From: Nonlabens dokdonensis
GTDB taxonomy: Bacteria; Bacteroidota; Bacteroidia; Flavobacteriales; Flavobacteriaceae
Assembly: GCF_002162835.1 (NCBI RefSeq)
Contig: NZ_MAAX01000154.1
Span: 10,496 to 74,495, forward strand
Direction of reading: 5' to 3'
DNA: 64,000 nt
The number at the start of each line of letters is the position of its first letter. The first letter of the stretch is position 1. Shown here piece by piece: positions 10,151 to 18,356 of this stretch. The notes below the pieces were generated by a model. The model did no database searches and was not told where the DNA came from. It saw only the letters and a program-made list of their open reading frames with translations. A program made the translations under genes and the position numbers.

Positions 10151-10188
10151 GAATTGACAAAAAGAAAAATGACTTTTAAATATTAAAT

Positions 10189-10866
10189 ATGGCAGAAGAA
10201 ATAAATAAAGGAGTAATTATGAAAACTCTGGATTGGACTTACGATAAAGCCGTAAGTGGTTTTCCAGGAATAGATTCCGCCTATGAAATGGCTGAAAATT
10301 ACTTAAAAAATCAACCAGACAAAATAAAGGCAGCGGATAGTTTAATCCGCTGGCAAAATACTAAATCCGGTACAAGTGGGTTTTTAGCAGGACTTGGAGG
10401 ATTTATAACTTTGCCTGTAACTATTCCAGCAAATTTAGCAAGCATAATGTATATTCAAATTAGGATGATTGCTGCAATCGCAGTTATTGGTGGTTATGAT
10501 TTGAAAGATGACAGAGTTAAGTCATTAATTTATGCTTGTATGACTGGTAACGCTGCTAAAGAAATTATTAAGGATGTTGGACTTGCAGCTGGTAAAAAAT
10601 TTGCTATAGTTGGAATTAAGAACATATCAACCAAAACAATTATTGCTATCAATCAAAAGGTTGGTTTTAGATTGATAACTAAATTTGGCGAGAAGGGAGT
10701 TGTAAATTTAGGGAAAGCCATACCGATTGCTGGTGGAGTAATTGGTGGCGCAATTGATTCCTACACTACTAACGTAATTGGTAACATAGCGAGAAATACC
10801 TTCGTAGGAAAAAAAGTTAAGTATTATCCGTATGTCACTATTTTTGGATATGATATTACTTACTAG
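10189..10866 (+). CDS. EcsC family protein
   Basis: LIRWQ...SGFLAGLGG..TLPVTIPA, QIRMIAAIA..GGYD, GKAIP..GGVIGG pattern. Confidence 0.85.
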   Translation: MAEEINKGVIMKTLDWTYDKAVSGFPGIDSAYEMAENYLKNQPDKIKAADSLIRWQNTKSGTSGFLAGLGGFITLPVTIPANLASIMYIQIRMIAAIAVIGGYDLKDDRVKSLIYACMTGNAAKEIIKDVGLAAGKKFAIVGIKNISTKTIIAINQKVGFRLITKFGEKGVVNLGKAIPIAGGVIGGAIDSYTTNVIGNIARNTFVGKKVKYYPYVTIFGYDITY

Positions 10867-10875
10867 GCGAAAATA

Positions 10876-11080
10876 ACTGTTGCTAAAAATGTATAAAAAC
10901 AATAAGGCAATTGTAGCAAAACCGAATGGTTCGGAAACATTTGCAAGGTTGCCAAATTTTTAAATTTGGCTTATTCAGAAAAAAAAGATTATAAGAAAAA
11001 TTAGAAATATGGCTTGTGCTAAACCGAGGTTTAGTGCTTCTTAATCGCCTACTTTTCATATACTAACCGTTGCCATTAAT
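10876..11080 (+). repeat. Inter-cassette spacer, family A (most complete copy)
   Basis: Imperfect terminal IR (tgtataaaaacaataaggc / gcctacttttcatatac), central GCCAAATTTTTAAATTTGGC 10951-10970, GGCTTGTGCTAAA 11011-11023, GTT at 11069. Confidence 0.7.
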
Positions 11081-11093
11081 TAGAACTAACTTT

Positions 11094-11609
11094 ATGAAAA
11101 CAATATTTCTTTTTCTTTTTAGTCTGCTGATTTTTACCACAAATAATTTTGAGATTAATAATGGGGAAGTTCTCTGGCGCAAAGTTAATCAACAATCGAT
11201 TTTAATTGAAACTCTTGAGGAAACTATGATTAAGTCTGGTAGATTTACTAATCTCACTATAACCGAAAATTTAATAACTGCTGAAATACAAAACTTACCA
11301 ATAGATTACAAAGGTGCTGGCGAATCCGAAATGTCAATACCAATGTACATTGCTCGCAGTTCTATTAATGCTTACATAGTGATTGAAATAAAAGAAAACA
11401 GATACAGAGTAACAGTCAAAAACATAAAACTAGTTCAAAATTATTCAGATGCTTTGAGCGAGCAAGGCGAAATAACAGCTCTTGAAGTTTATGCGTTGCG
11501 AAAGAAAAATACTGAGTTCAAAAAAGGATTTATGAAAAAAACTTCCAGAATCCTAGATCATACTTTCGAAAAGCTAATAGTGTTTGAAAATGATAATGGT
11601 AAGTGGTAA
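11094..11609 (+). CDS. Hypothetical secreted protein (DUF4468-like, tentative)
   Basis: Signal peptide MKTIFLFLFSLLIF; IEIKENRYRVTVKNI segment; ATG 11094. Confidence 0.65.
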   Translation: MKTIFLFLFSLLIFTTNNFEINNGEVLWRKVNQQSILIETLEETMIKSGRFTNLTITENLITAEIQNLPIDYKGAGESEMSIPMYIARSSINAYIVIEIKENRYRVTVKNIKLVQNYSDALSEQGEITALEVYALRKKNTEFKKGFMKKTSRILDHTFEKLIVFENDNGKW

Positions 11610-11618
11610 TTAATGAAT

Positions 11619-11740
11619 GTGCTACAACAACATAAAAAAATAATAGGCAATAAGTGCTTAATCAAATGAAAAAGGCACTTTTACGAGATCGCCAAATTTT
11701 TAAATTTGGCTAAAGAAAGATTAAAATAAAGCGATAATAA
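11619..11740 (+). repeat. Inter-cassette spacer, family A (left half only)
   Basis: GCTACAAC...aataggcaa, then an identical 20-mer GCCAAATTTTTAAATTTGGC at 11691-11710; right arm missing. Confidence 0.65.
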
Positions 11741-11752
11741 GAACTGAAAATA

Positions 11753-12244
11753 TTGAAAATAATAGTCAAAGAAATATCAAAAGGGTTAGATGACAATAAT
11801 TGGTTTAAAGAAATCACAAATTCTTTACAAGGTTTAGATTGTAAAAAATATGTTGAAGGACTAATAAATTTTTCTCAAAAAAAACAGAAGAGAAAAGTCG
11901 CTAAATTGCAAAATTTTATATTAAAAATTCTAGAAGAACAGTTTGTAGACTTTCAATGGCAAACTGAATTTAAAGTTAGTGAAAAAAGAGACGCAATTGA
12001 TATTTATGGAAAACGTGAAAATGATATTTTAATTATTGAATTAGATAAATGGAGAGCGGATCAAGTCGCAAAAAAACTAATTTCAAGAACTGCACTTTTA
12101 AAAGAAAATAATATAGGTTTTGTATCTTTATGTTATGCAGGAACACCAAGTATGAATAAGTCTGAATGTTTAAAATATTTTCAGTATGGAAATATAGTTT
12201 TAACTGAACTAAATAACTATTACGCTGGAATGATAATAGAATAA
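11753..12244 (+). CDS. Hypothetical protein with PD-(D/E)XK-like pattern
   Basis: TEFKV...DAIDIYG...IIELDKWRADQ; TTG start. Confidence 0.55.
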   Translation: MKIIVKEISKGLDDNNWFKEITNSLQGLDCKKYVEGLINFSQKKQKRKVAKLQNFILKILEEQFVDFQWQTEFKVSEKRDAIDIYGKRENDILIIELDKWRADQVAKKLISRTALLKENNIGFVSLCYAGTPSMNKSECLKYFQYGNIVLTELNNYYAGMIIE

Positions 12245-12440
12245 CTAACGACTAAAACGTATTAATCAAATATATCGTTAGTCACATAGTCAAAGTTAAG
12301 GTCTAATTCAAAAGAAGCCAAATTTTTAAATTTACCGATTTTCAATAGAAAGATAAATAGTAAAAATTGAAAAATTCGGCTTGTGCTAAATCGAAAAGTC
12401 AGTACATTTTTAAAAGCTACGAGCCATATGCAGAGATGTT
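12244..12440 (+). repeat. Inter-cassette spacer (short IR plus family A core)
   Basis: ACTAACGA/TCGTTAGT IR 12244-12282; GCCAAATTTTTAAATTT 12317-12333; GGCTTGTGCTAAA 12378-12390 at the same spacing as the first copy. Confidence 0.65.
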
Positions 12441-12475
12441 TTGCTTAAAACCTAAAATTATCAAATAAAACAATT

Positions 12476-13021
12476 GTGAGCGAAGAAAAAGATGAACTAA
12501 TAGATAAACTAACCAAACTCAGTGAAAAACCTGGAGGAAAACAAGCTGTGAGATATATCCTAAATACATTAGGAGCAGTTCCATTTGCTGGTGGAGCAAT
12601 TGCTGGAGCTGGACAACTTTGGGGAGAAAAAGAACAACAAAAATTTAATGACACATTGGCTGAATGGGCTGCAAAAACAGATAGTGATTTAAAAATAATC
12701 ACTAACAATATTGATAAATTACTTCAGACACCGACTAGAGCTAAACTGAGTTTATTAATGGGAGAAATTTTAGGAGATGAATTAGCTAAAGGTTTTTTAT
12801 CAAAACCAAATCAATACATACCAATTGCTTTACATAATCAAACTCTTAACGAATTAGAACCTTTTATTGAAAAGAGTTGGATTAAAATTCAACCTACTCA
12901 CAGTACCGTTCAAATGGGCGGTGGAAATCGAGTTGGAAATAACATTGAAGAATTAAAAAGACCATATGGTTTTGGTAGTACTTTTAATATCCAAATTAAC
13001 GAGTCATATTTTAATGATTAA
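12476..13021 (+). CDS. Hypothetical protein
   Basis: 181-aa ORF with GTG start; GAVPFAGGAIAGAG glycine-rich helix. Confidence 0.7.
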   Translation: MSEEKDELIDKLTKLSEKPGGKQAVRYILNTLGAVPFAGGAIAGAGQLWGEKEQQKFNDTLAEWAAKTDSDLKIITNNIDKLLQTPTRAKLSLLMGEILGDELAKGFLSKPNQYIPIALHNQTLNELEPFIEKSWIKIQPTHSTVQMGGGNRVGNNIEELKRPYGFGSTFNIQINESYFND

Positions 13022-13034
13022 AAAGAAAAAAACT

Positions 13035-13170
13035 TAAGCGCAATAATGGCGCGAAGTAATTGCTTGTTCTCGCCTACTTCTTAAAATCCTCGCGGATTTT
13101 CAGTTTGTTGCGTACTGGCTGAGTTTCGTGTTAACCCATGTAGCTACACATAGCCGAGACCTTTTAATGC
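13035..13170 (+). repeat. Inter-cassette spacer, family B
   Basis: taattgcttgttctcgcctacttc, AAAATCC-TCGC-GGATTTT hairpin 13083-13100, ends atagccgagacc. Confidence 0.6.
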
Positions 13171-13195
13171 AATTTTAAAGAAATATCGTGTATTT

Positions 13196-13918
13196 ATGAA
13201 AGAGAAAATAATTTATTTGACCGTCATATTTGGGTTACTCATTTTTATAGGATTTTTGATAGAAGTTGTTTTTTACGTAAATACTGCCTTGAATGATTTT
13301 GTGAGATTTCTGTTTGTATTACCTTGGATTTTAATAATTGGATTTTTCGTATACCGATTTATTAACAAAATTGATGATATTACCATTGGTACATTTGCAG
13401 GGGCATCTGTTTTAATAGGATTGCTATTATCAATCGTTACATTGATTTTAAACTTGTCTTTAGGTCTTGATAAAATAATTGAAAAGAATTATGTGGCAGT
13501 TTATGGAATAACAACAGGTTTTGATAGCCGTTCTGATAGCGAACAAGACATCAAACATAAAACAAACGTATATAAAATTAACGATAGCAGAGCGAAAAGG
13601 GAAATTAATAAAATGGAATATGTATATGAAGATGCTTCGACAAAAGAATTCTTGTTTTGGCAGACAGCATTTGCAAGCGGATTTGAACCAATCAATATAT
13701 CGGAATACAATGGCTCAAATTCCTTTGGTAAAATCATAACCTTATTTTTTACCGTAGGACCAATATTTATTCTTGAACTATTTATAAACGCTATTATGAG
13801 TTCTTGGATTTTATTTATAATACCGATTATAGGATTGTTTTTTAAGAGAATGCTTTTTGAAAAAGAATTGAAACCTTTTACAAACTACTTTACAAACAGT
13901 GTAAAAAAAACTGCATAG
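13196..13918 (+). CDS. Hypothetical multi-TM membrane protein
   Basis: 3 N-terminal and 2 C-terminal hydrophobic segments. Confidence 0.75.
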   Translation: MKEKIIYLTVIFGLLIFIGFLIEVVFYVNTALNDFVRFLFVLPWILIIGFFVYRFINKIDDITIGTFAGASVLIGLLLSIVTLILNLSLGLDKIIEKNYVAVYGITTGFDSRSDSEQDIKHKTNVYKINDSRAKREINKMEYVYEDASTKEFLFWQTAFASGFEPINISEYNGSNSFGKIITLFFTVGPIFILELFINAIMSSWILFIIPIIGLFFKRMLFEKELKPFTNYFTNSVKKTA

Positions 13919-14110
13919 AACAATGTATCTAAAAAATAGCGCAAGAAATTACAAAAAAGGTAACATGCACATTTCCAAGGCAACCAAATTTAAAATTTGG
14001 CTAATTGAAAAAATGATAATAAGAAAAGTAAAAAATACCGCACGTGCTTAATCCTAAAATCATTTTATAATTTACACGCTACGAGAAATATACAAGACCT
14101 TTGTCATTAA
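13914..14110 (+). repeat. Inter-cassette spacer, family A (diverged)
   Basis: aacaatgtatctaaaaaatagcg ... CCAAATTTAAAATTTGGC 13984-14001 ... cgctac...atatacaagacctttgtcattaat. Confidence 0.65.
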
Positions 14111-14122
14111 TAAACATCAAAC

Positions 14123-14629
14123 ATGAAACATCTTCTAACACTTTTGATTTTATTTAGCACTATTCCCATAATAGCAAATGGACAAAATTTTGTCTTTATT
14201 GGTGAGAACAGCTATCCAAGTACTAAAAAGTATACTTTAAAATCTAATTCCGATGATGAGAATATCAATGATTTAAAGCTTGTTTTCGCCAAGGATGGCG
14301 AAAAGGGACTTATCGTTGTTAGTTCAAAACTAACTGACGTTGTTAAAATCGCAAATAAACTAATTATATATCTTGATGATGGGACCGTAATCTCTTGTAT
14401 TGACAGAGGTATTAATGACAATGTTGATGATATCGCAATTTCTGCATATAGTTTAACAAAAGCAGAATTTACTAAAATTAAATTTAGTAATATTAATACA
14501 ATTAGATATCAAATTGTATGTTCTGTATGCGGACCATTTAATTCATGGGAAGGCACTTACTCAGCATCAAATAAAGGAAACTCGAAGACCGACTTTACTG
14601 TAGTTGTCTCTAAGTTTTATGAAAAATAA
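14123..14629 (+). CDS. Hypothetical secreted protein
   Basis: Signal peptide MKHLLTLLILFSTIPIIANG. Confidence 0.75.
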   Translation: MKHLLTLLILFSTIPIIANGQNFVFIGENSYPSTKKYTLKSNSDDENINDLKLVFAKDGEKGLIVVSSKLTDVVKIANKLIIYLDDGTVISCIDRGINDNVDDIAISAYSLTKAEFTKIKFSNINTIRYQIVCSVCGPFNSWEGTYSASNKGNSKTDFTVVVSKFYEK

Positions 14630-14635
14630 AATAAT

Positions 14636-15514
14636 ATGGGAAAGAAACTTACAGTTTACATGATTGACGGAACTGCTTATGGACCTCGTTTGAGCGAAAT
14701 TGGTAATTGGGTCGGTAAAGCAATCTATTCACCTAGAGCATCAGTCAACAAAATAATGAATCGCCCTGAATTTGACAATCCTGGAATCTATTGTTTAAAA
14801 GGTGACCCAACAGACGATGCTTTTGATGAAAAAATATATATCGGCGAAGCAGAAAATATTAAGACAAGATTAAAGCAGCACCTAAGTGATTCTAATAAGG
14901 ATTTTAAAGAGCTTATCTTTTTTGTAAGTAAGGACGAGCTGCTGACTAAAACTCAAATTAGATACTTAGAATCTAGACTTGTTCAAATTGCATTAGAGGC
15001 AAAAACGGCACAAATAGACAATGGCAACTCACCTAGTTTACCAACACTTCATGAAGCGGATATTTCTGACATGGAATATTTTCTTGAGCAGATCAAACTG
15101 ATTCTTCCAGTAATGGGTTTTAAATTTTTAATTTCTTCAACTGTTTCTGCGAATAGTAAATTAGAATCAAATAGTAAAGGAGAAGTACATGAGACTTACT
15201 TGATTAAAACGAAAACGTTTAAAGCAACAATGATTGAAACGGATCAAGGATATATTGTCGCGAAAGGAAGTGAAGCTAAGAAAGACCTGTCCCCTTCTTG
15301 CACAGAAACTTATCGAAATATGAGAAGAAAGCTAATTGAAACCAAAATCATGATTGAAAATAAAGATAAAATGATTTTTACGGAAGATGCAGTTTTCAAT
15401 AGTCCAAGTGCAGCATCAAATATGGTTCTAGGTCGTAATTCAAATGGTTTTACAGAATGGGTTACGAAAAAAGGGGAAACATTTAAGAAAGTTCAAGAAA
15501 AAATAAATAAATAA
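14636..15514 (+). CDS. GIY-YIG nuclease fused to DUF4357 domain
   Basis: GIYCL...IYIGEAENIKTRLKQH and YLESRL (GIY-YIG); C-terminal FNSPSAASNMVLGRNSNGFTEW (DUF4357). Confidence 0.88.
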   Translation: MGKKLTVYMIDGTAYGPRLSEIGNWVGKAIYSPRASVNKIMNRPEFDNPGIYCLKGDPTDDAFDEKIYIGEAENIKTRLKQHLSDSNKDFKELIFFVSKDELLTKTQIRYLESRLVQIALEAKTAQIDNGNSPSLPTLHEADISDMEYFLEQIKLILPVMGFKFLISSTVSANSKLESNSKGEVHETYLIKTKTFKATMIETDQGYIVAKGSEAKKDLSPSCTETYRNMRRKLIETKIMIENKDKMIFTEDAVFNSPSAASNMVLGRNSNGFTEWVTKKGETFKKVQEKINK

Positions 15515-15605
15515 TGCTTAACAAAGTACTATGGTAAAAAACAAATAAATCCTGATACGATACAAATAAGGAGCCGTTATTAAACATTAAAACAGAGATA
15601 AAAAA

Positions 15606-15983
15606 ATGGGACTATTTAATAAATTGATGGGAAACGCCAGTGAAGTTTCTTCTGAGAAATTGAACGAAAAATACGGTAGACTCCTTATAGAAGGTGAAAC
15701 TATAGAATTAGGTTTTAAGCTATTGCGTGATACGTTTATGTTTACCAATAAAAGGTTGATATTAATTGATGTACAAGGACTCACAGGAAGCAAAGTAGAG
15801 TATAAATCTTTACCTTATAAAAGCATTTCAAGACTTTCCTTAGAAACTGCTGGAACATTTGATCTGGACGCTGAGTTGAAAATTTATATCTCAAGTGAAA
15901 ACATACCTTCTGTAAGTAAAAAGTTCAATAAAAGCATTGATGTTTATGAAGTCCAAAAATACCTAGCGTCGAAGATCATGTAG
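15606..15983 (+). CDS. Bacterial PH-domain protein (bPH_1/DUF1696, YvbH-like)
   Basis: RDTFMFTNKRLILIDVQGLTGSKVEYKSLPY, ETAGTFDLDAEL. Confidence 0.9.
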   Translation: MGLFNKLMGNASEVSSEKLNEKYGRLLIEGETIELGFKLLRDTFMFTNKRLILIDVQGLTGSKVEYKSLPYKSISRLSLETAGTFDLDAELKIYISSENIPSVSKKFNKSIDVYEVQKYLASKIM

Positions 15984-16033
15984 GGAATGAAAGGTGTGTT
16001 TAATTTATCCGTTTAGCAATTCATAATTAATTC

Positions 16034-16309
16034 ATGCAGCACAAATCGAGCGAGTATTGTCCTTGTTGTGGTTATAACAGGTTTGACCTAGAAGACAGAT
16101 TAAATTATTCTATTTGTCCCATCTGTTTTTGGGAAGATGATCCAGTTGCTTTTAAGGACATCAATTATAAAGGTGGAGCAAATAGAGTTTCATTAAGACA
16201 AGCACGAGAGAATTATAAAGCATTTGGAGCTTGTGAAGTTTCTATGATTCCTAATACAAGAAAAGTAACTGGTAAGGATATTTTAAATCCTCAATGGAAA
16301 GCTCAATAA
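16034..16309 (+). CDS. CPCC cysteine-rich family protein
   Basis: CPCCG...ICPICFWEDD...GGAN.VSLRQAREN. Confidence 0.88.
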   Translation: MQHKSSEYCPCCGYNRFDLEDRLNYSICPICFWEDDPVAFKDINYKGGANRVSLRQARENYKAFGACEVSMIPNTRKVTGKDILNPQWKAQ

Positions 16310-16324
16310 AGCATCAATTTTTCT

Positions 16325-16645
16325 TCAAAAAGAACTATACCTTATCAAGATATAAATTACTAACAGTCCTAATAATCCAGTTGTGACGTAACCAAAAAAG
16401 ATGCTTACTAAAAGCAGTAAGCACAATATCAAAGTAATGATTTTTAAAACTTTGCTGGTATTATTAGTAGAAGCAGTTTCATTTTTTTTAGGACTCGTCA
16501 TTTGATTAAAAAACAACTCGTCAGATTTTTTAAGGTAATATTGAATTTGGGACTCCTCTACTCCATCTTCTTCCAGCTTTTGTCTTATCTCGCTAGAGCT
16601 TAATCCTTTCTTGCGCAATGACACGATATCGTTTAGTTGGCTCAT
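16325..16645 (-). CDS. Hypothetical protein with C-terminal TM hairpin
   Basis: Helical N-terminus (GLSSSEIRQKL) and two hydrophobic segments. Confidence 0.65.
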   Translation of the reverse strand: MSQLNDIVSLRKKGLSSSEIRQKLEEDGVEESQIQYYLKKSDELFFNQMTSPKKNETASTNNTSKVLKIITLILCLLLLVSIFFGYVTTGLLGLLVIYILIRYSSF

Positions 16646-16803
16646 GTAGCTCTAGAATTATGACAGGTAAAGAATAGCATTTGATTCAGTAGTATTACTG
16701 GCCTTAAGTAACTGCTGGTAACGTCTATCTGTCGCTAAAATAAACTTAAGTCTTGATAGGCACAAATTTGTTTATTATATTAAAGTTGTATTAATTCATT
16801 TTG

Positions 16804-16830
16804 ACATATCGGTAATTATAGATATGTTTG
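16804..16830 (+). promoter_or_regulatory. ArsR operator candidate overlapping -7 box
   Basis: ACATATC-N10-GATATGT inverted repeat overlapping TATGTTTG (TAnnTTTG) at 16823-16830. Confidence 0.6.
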
Positions 16831-16834
16831 CGGT

Positions 16835-17137
16835 ATGAATTTAAAACACGCTACCGAAATAGGAAAATGTTTATCTAATCAAACGAGATTTCAGATTATG
16901 GAATGGCTCAAAGAACCAGAAAAGCATTTCCCACCACATGAAACTTTAAAACATTTTAATGATGGTGTTTGCGTCACATATATTCAAGAGAAGACAGGAT
17001 TATCACAATCTACCGTATCAACCTATCTCACAAATATGGAAAAATGCGGTCTTCTCATTTGCACCAGACACGGTAAATGGTCGTATTTGAAAAGAAATGA
17101 AGAAACTATAAAGCTGTTTACAGAATTCTTAAAATAA
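16835..17137 (+). CDS. ArsR/SmtB family transcriptional regulator
   Basis: LSNQTRFQIMEWL, GVCV..IQEKTGLSQSTVSTYL, GKWSY. Confidence 0.9.
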   Translation: MNLKHATEIGKCLSNQTRFQIMEWLKEPEKHFPPHETLKHFNDGVCVTYIQEKTGLSQSTVSTYLTNMEKCGLLICTRHGKWSYLKRNEETIKLFTEFLK

Positions 17138-17150
17138 AAAATTTAAATAA

Positions 17151-17164
17151 ACATATCGATAATT
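17151..17164 (+). promoter_or_regulatory. Second copy of the ArsR operator-like sequence
   Basis: ACATATCGATAATT, 13/14 identical to 16804-16817. Confidence 0.5.
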
Positions 17165-17180
17165 CGCAATATAACAAAAT

Positions 17181-17450
17181 ATGAAACTACTTATTGATGT
17201 ATTGGGTTGGTCAGGATCTTTATTTGTAATTATGGCTTATGCTTTAACCCTAATAGAAAACTAAAAATACTTAAATTATGCGAAGTATTTAAACTTGTTA
17301 GGTGGTTTATTTATAGCAATAAACTGTTATTACTACAATGCTATTCCATCTTTTGTAACTAATTTAATATGGAGTGTAATAGCAACTTTGACAATTTACA
17401 AAGCAAGAAACAAGAATCAACATTGCAATAAAAATCAATGTCTAACATAA
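17181..17450 (+). pseudogene. Small membrane protein (CBU_0592-like) interrupted by an in-frame TAA
   Basis: MKLLIDVLGWSGSLFVIMAYALTLIEN*KYLNYAKYLNLLGGLFIAINCYYYNAIPSFVTNLIWSVIA...; stop at 17262-17264; not in ORF track. Confidence 0.75.
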
Positions 17451-17460
17451 AACAATAACA

Positions 17461-18063
17461 ATGAAAATTTTAATAATAGGTGGAAATGGTACCATAGGTA
17501 AAACGGTAGCTGCACACTTCAAAGAAAAGAATGACATCTTAATTGCTGGACGTACTAATGGAGATGTTACGGTAGATATAGCTGACAGTAATTCTATAAG
17601 AAATATGTTTGAGAAAATCGGTAAACTGGATGCAATCATTTGCATCGCAGGAGAGGCAAAATGGGATGATTTTAATAACCTAACTGAAGATGATTACTAT
17701 ATAGGTTTAAAAAGTAAATTAATGGGACAGGTTAATCTTGTACGTATAGGACAAGATTTTTTGAACCCTAAGGGCTCGATCACTTTATCTACAGGTATTC
17801 TAGCAGATGATCCTGTAGTTAAAACAACAAGTGCATCAATGGTAAATGGCGGTATTCATAGTTTTGTACAAGCCGTTGCTCTAGAAATTGAGAATGGAAT
17901 AAGAGTGAATGTAGTTTCTTCTGGTATGGTAGAAGATGCTTATGAAAAGTATAAAGACTACTTTCCAGGACACAATCCTATTCCTATGACTAAGGTCATT
18001 AATGGCTACGTAAGAAGCGTAAAGGGAAAAGGCAATGGAGAAGTCATCAGGATTTACGATTAA
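17461..18063 (+). CDS. Short-chain dehydrogenase (short ~200-aa type)
   Basis: IIGGNGTIG Rossmann motif, SKLMGQVNLV, GIRVNVVS. Confidence 0.9.
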   Translation: MKILIIGGNGTIGKTVAAHFKEKNDILIAGRTNGDVTVDIADSNSIRNMFEKIGKLDAIICIAGEAKWDDFNNLTEDDYYIGLKSKLMGQVNLVRIGQDFLNPKGSITLSTGILADDPVVKTTSASMVNGGIHSFVQAVALEIENGIRVNVVSSGMVEDAYEKYKDYFPGHNPIPMTKVINGYVRSVKGKGNGEVIRIYD

Positions 18064-18274
18064 AACGCAATTACCTATATACATTAGATGCTTACAAATG
18101 ACAAAAGCAACCTTAACTGATCAAAGAATTTAAAACCGTATTTCTCTTAAAATAGATGGTAGAGTGAAATGCTTATTTAGGTAAAATAGGTGATTATATT
18201 ATAATTTTTGTAATAGAGCGGATTTAAAGTGCATTGAGACTTACGACTTATATTGAAAAGCAAATTGGATATAA

Positions 18275-18290
18275 ATCTTTCGCGAAAGCG
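18275..18290. repeat. 16-bp palindrome variant (intergenic)
   Basis: ATCTTTCGCGAAAGCG, 2 mismatches. Confidence 0.8.
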
Positions 18291-18303
18291 AAACTATTAC
18301 CAT

Positions 18304-18334
18304 AAAAAACGCCTCTATAAAAGAGGCGTTTTTT
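18304..18334. terminator. Bidirectional terminator
   Basis: AAAAAACGCCTCT-ataaa-AGAGGCGTTTTTT. Confidence 0.85.
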
Positions 18335-18356
18335 AAGTTAATGACTATAAATCAGT

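Larger units (their letters stand above)
9923..16309 (+). mobile_element. Putative integron-like gene-cassette array (no integrase in window)
   Basis: Ten co-oriented unrelated ORFs; most spacers contain related imperfect palindromes (GCCAAATTTTTAAATTTGGC core etc.). Confidence 0.6.
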
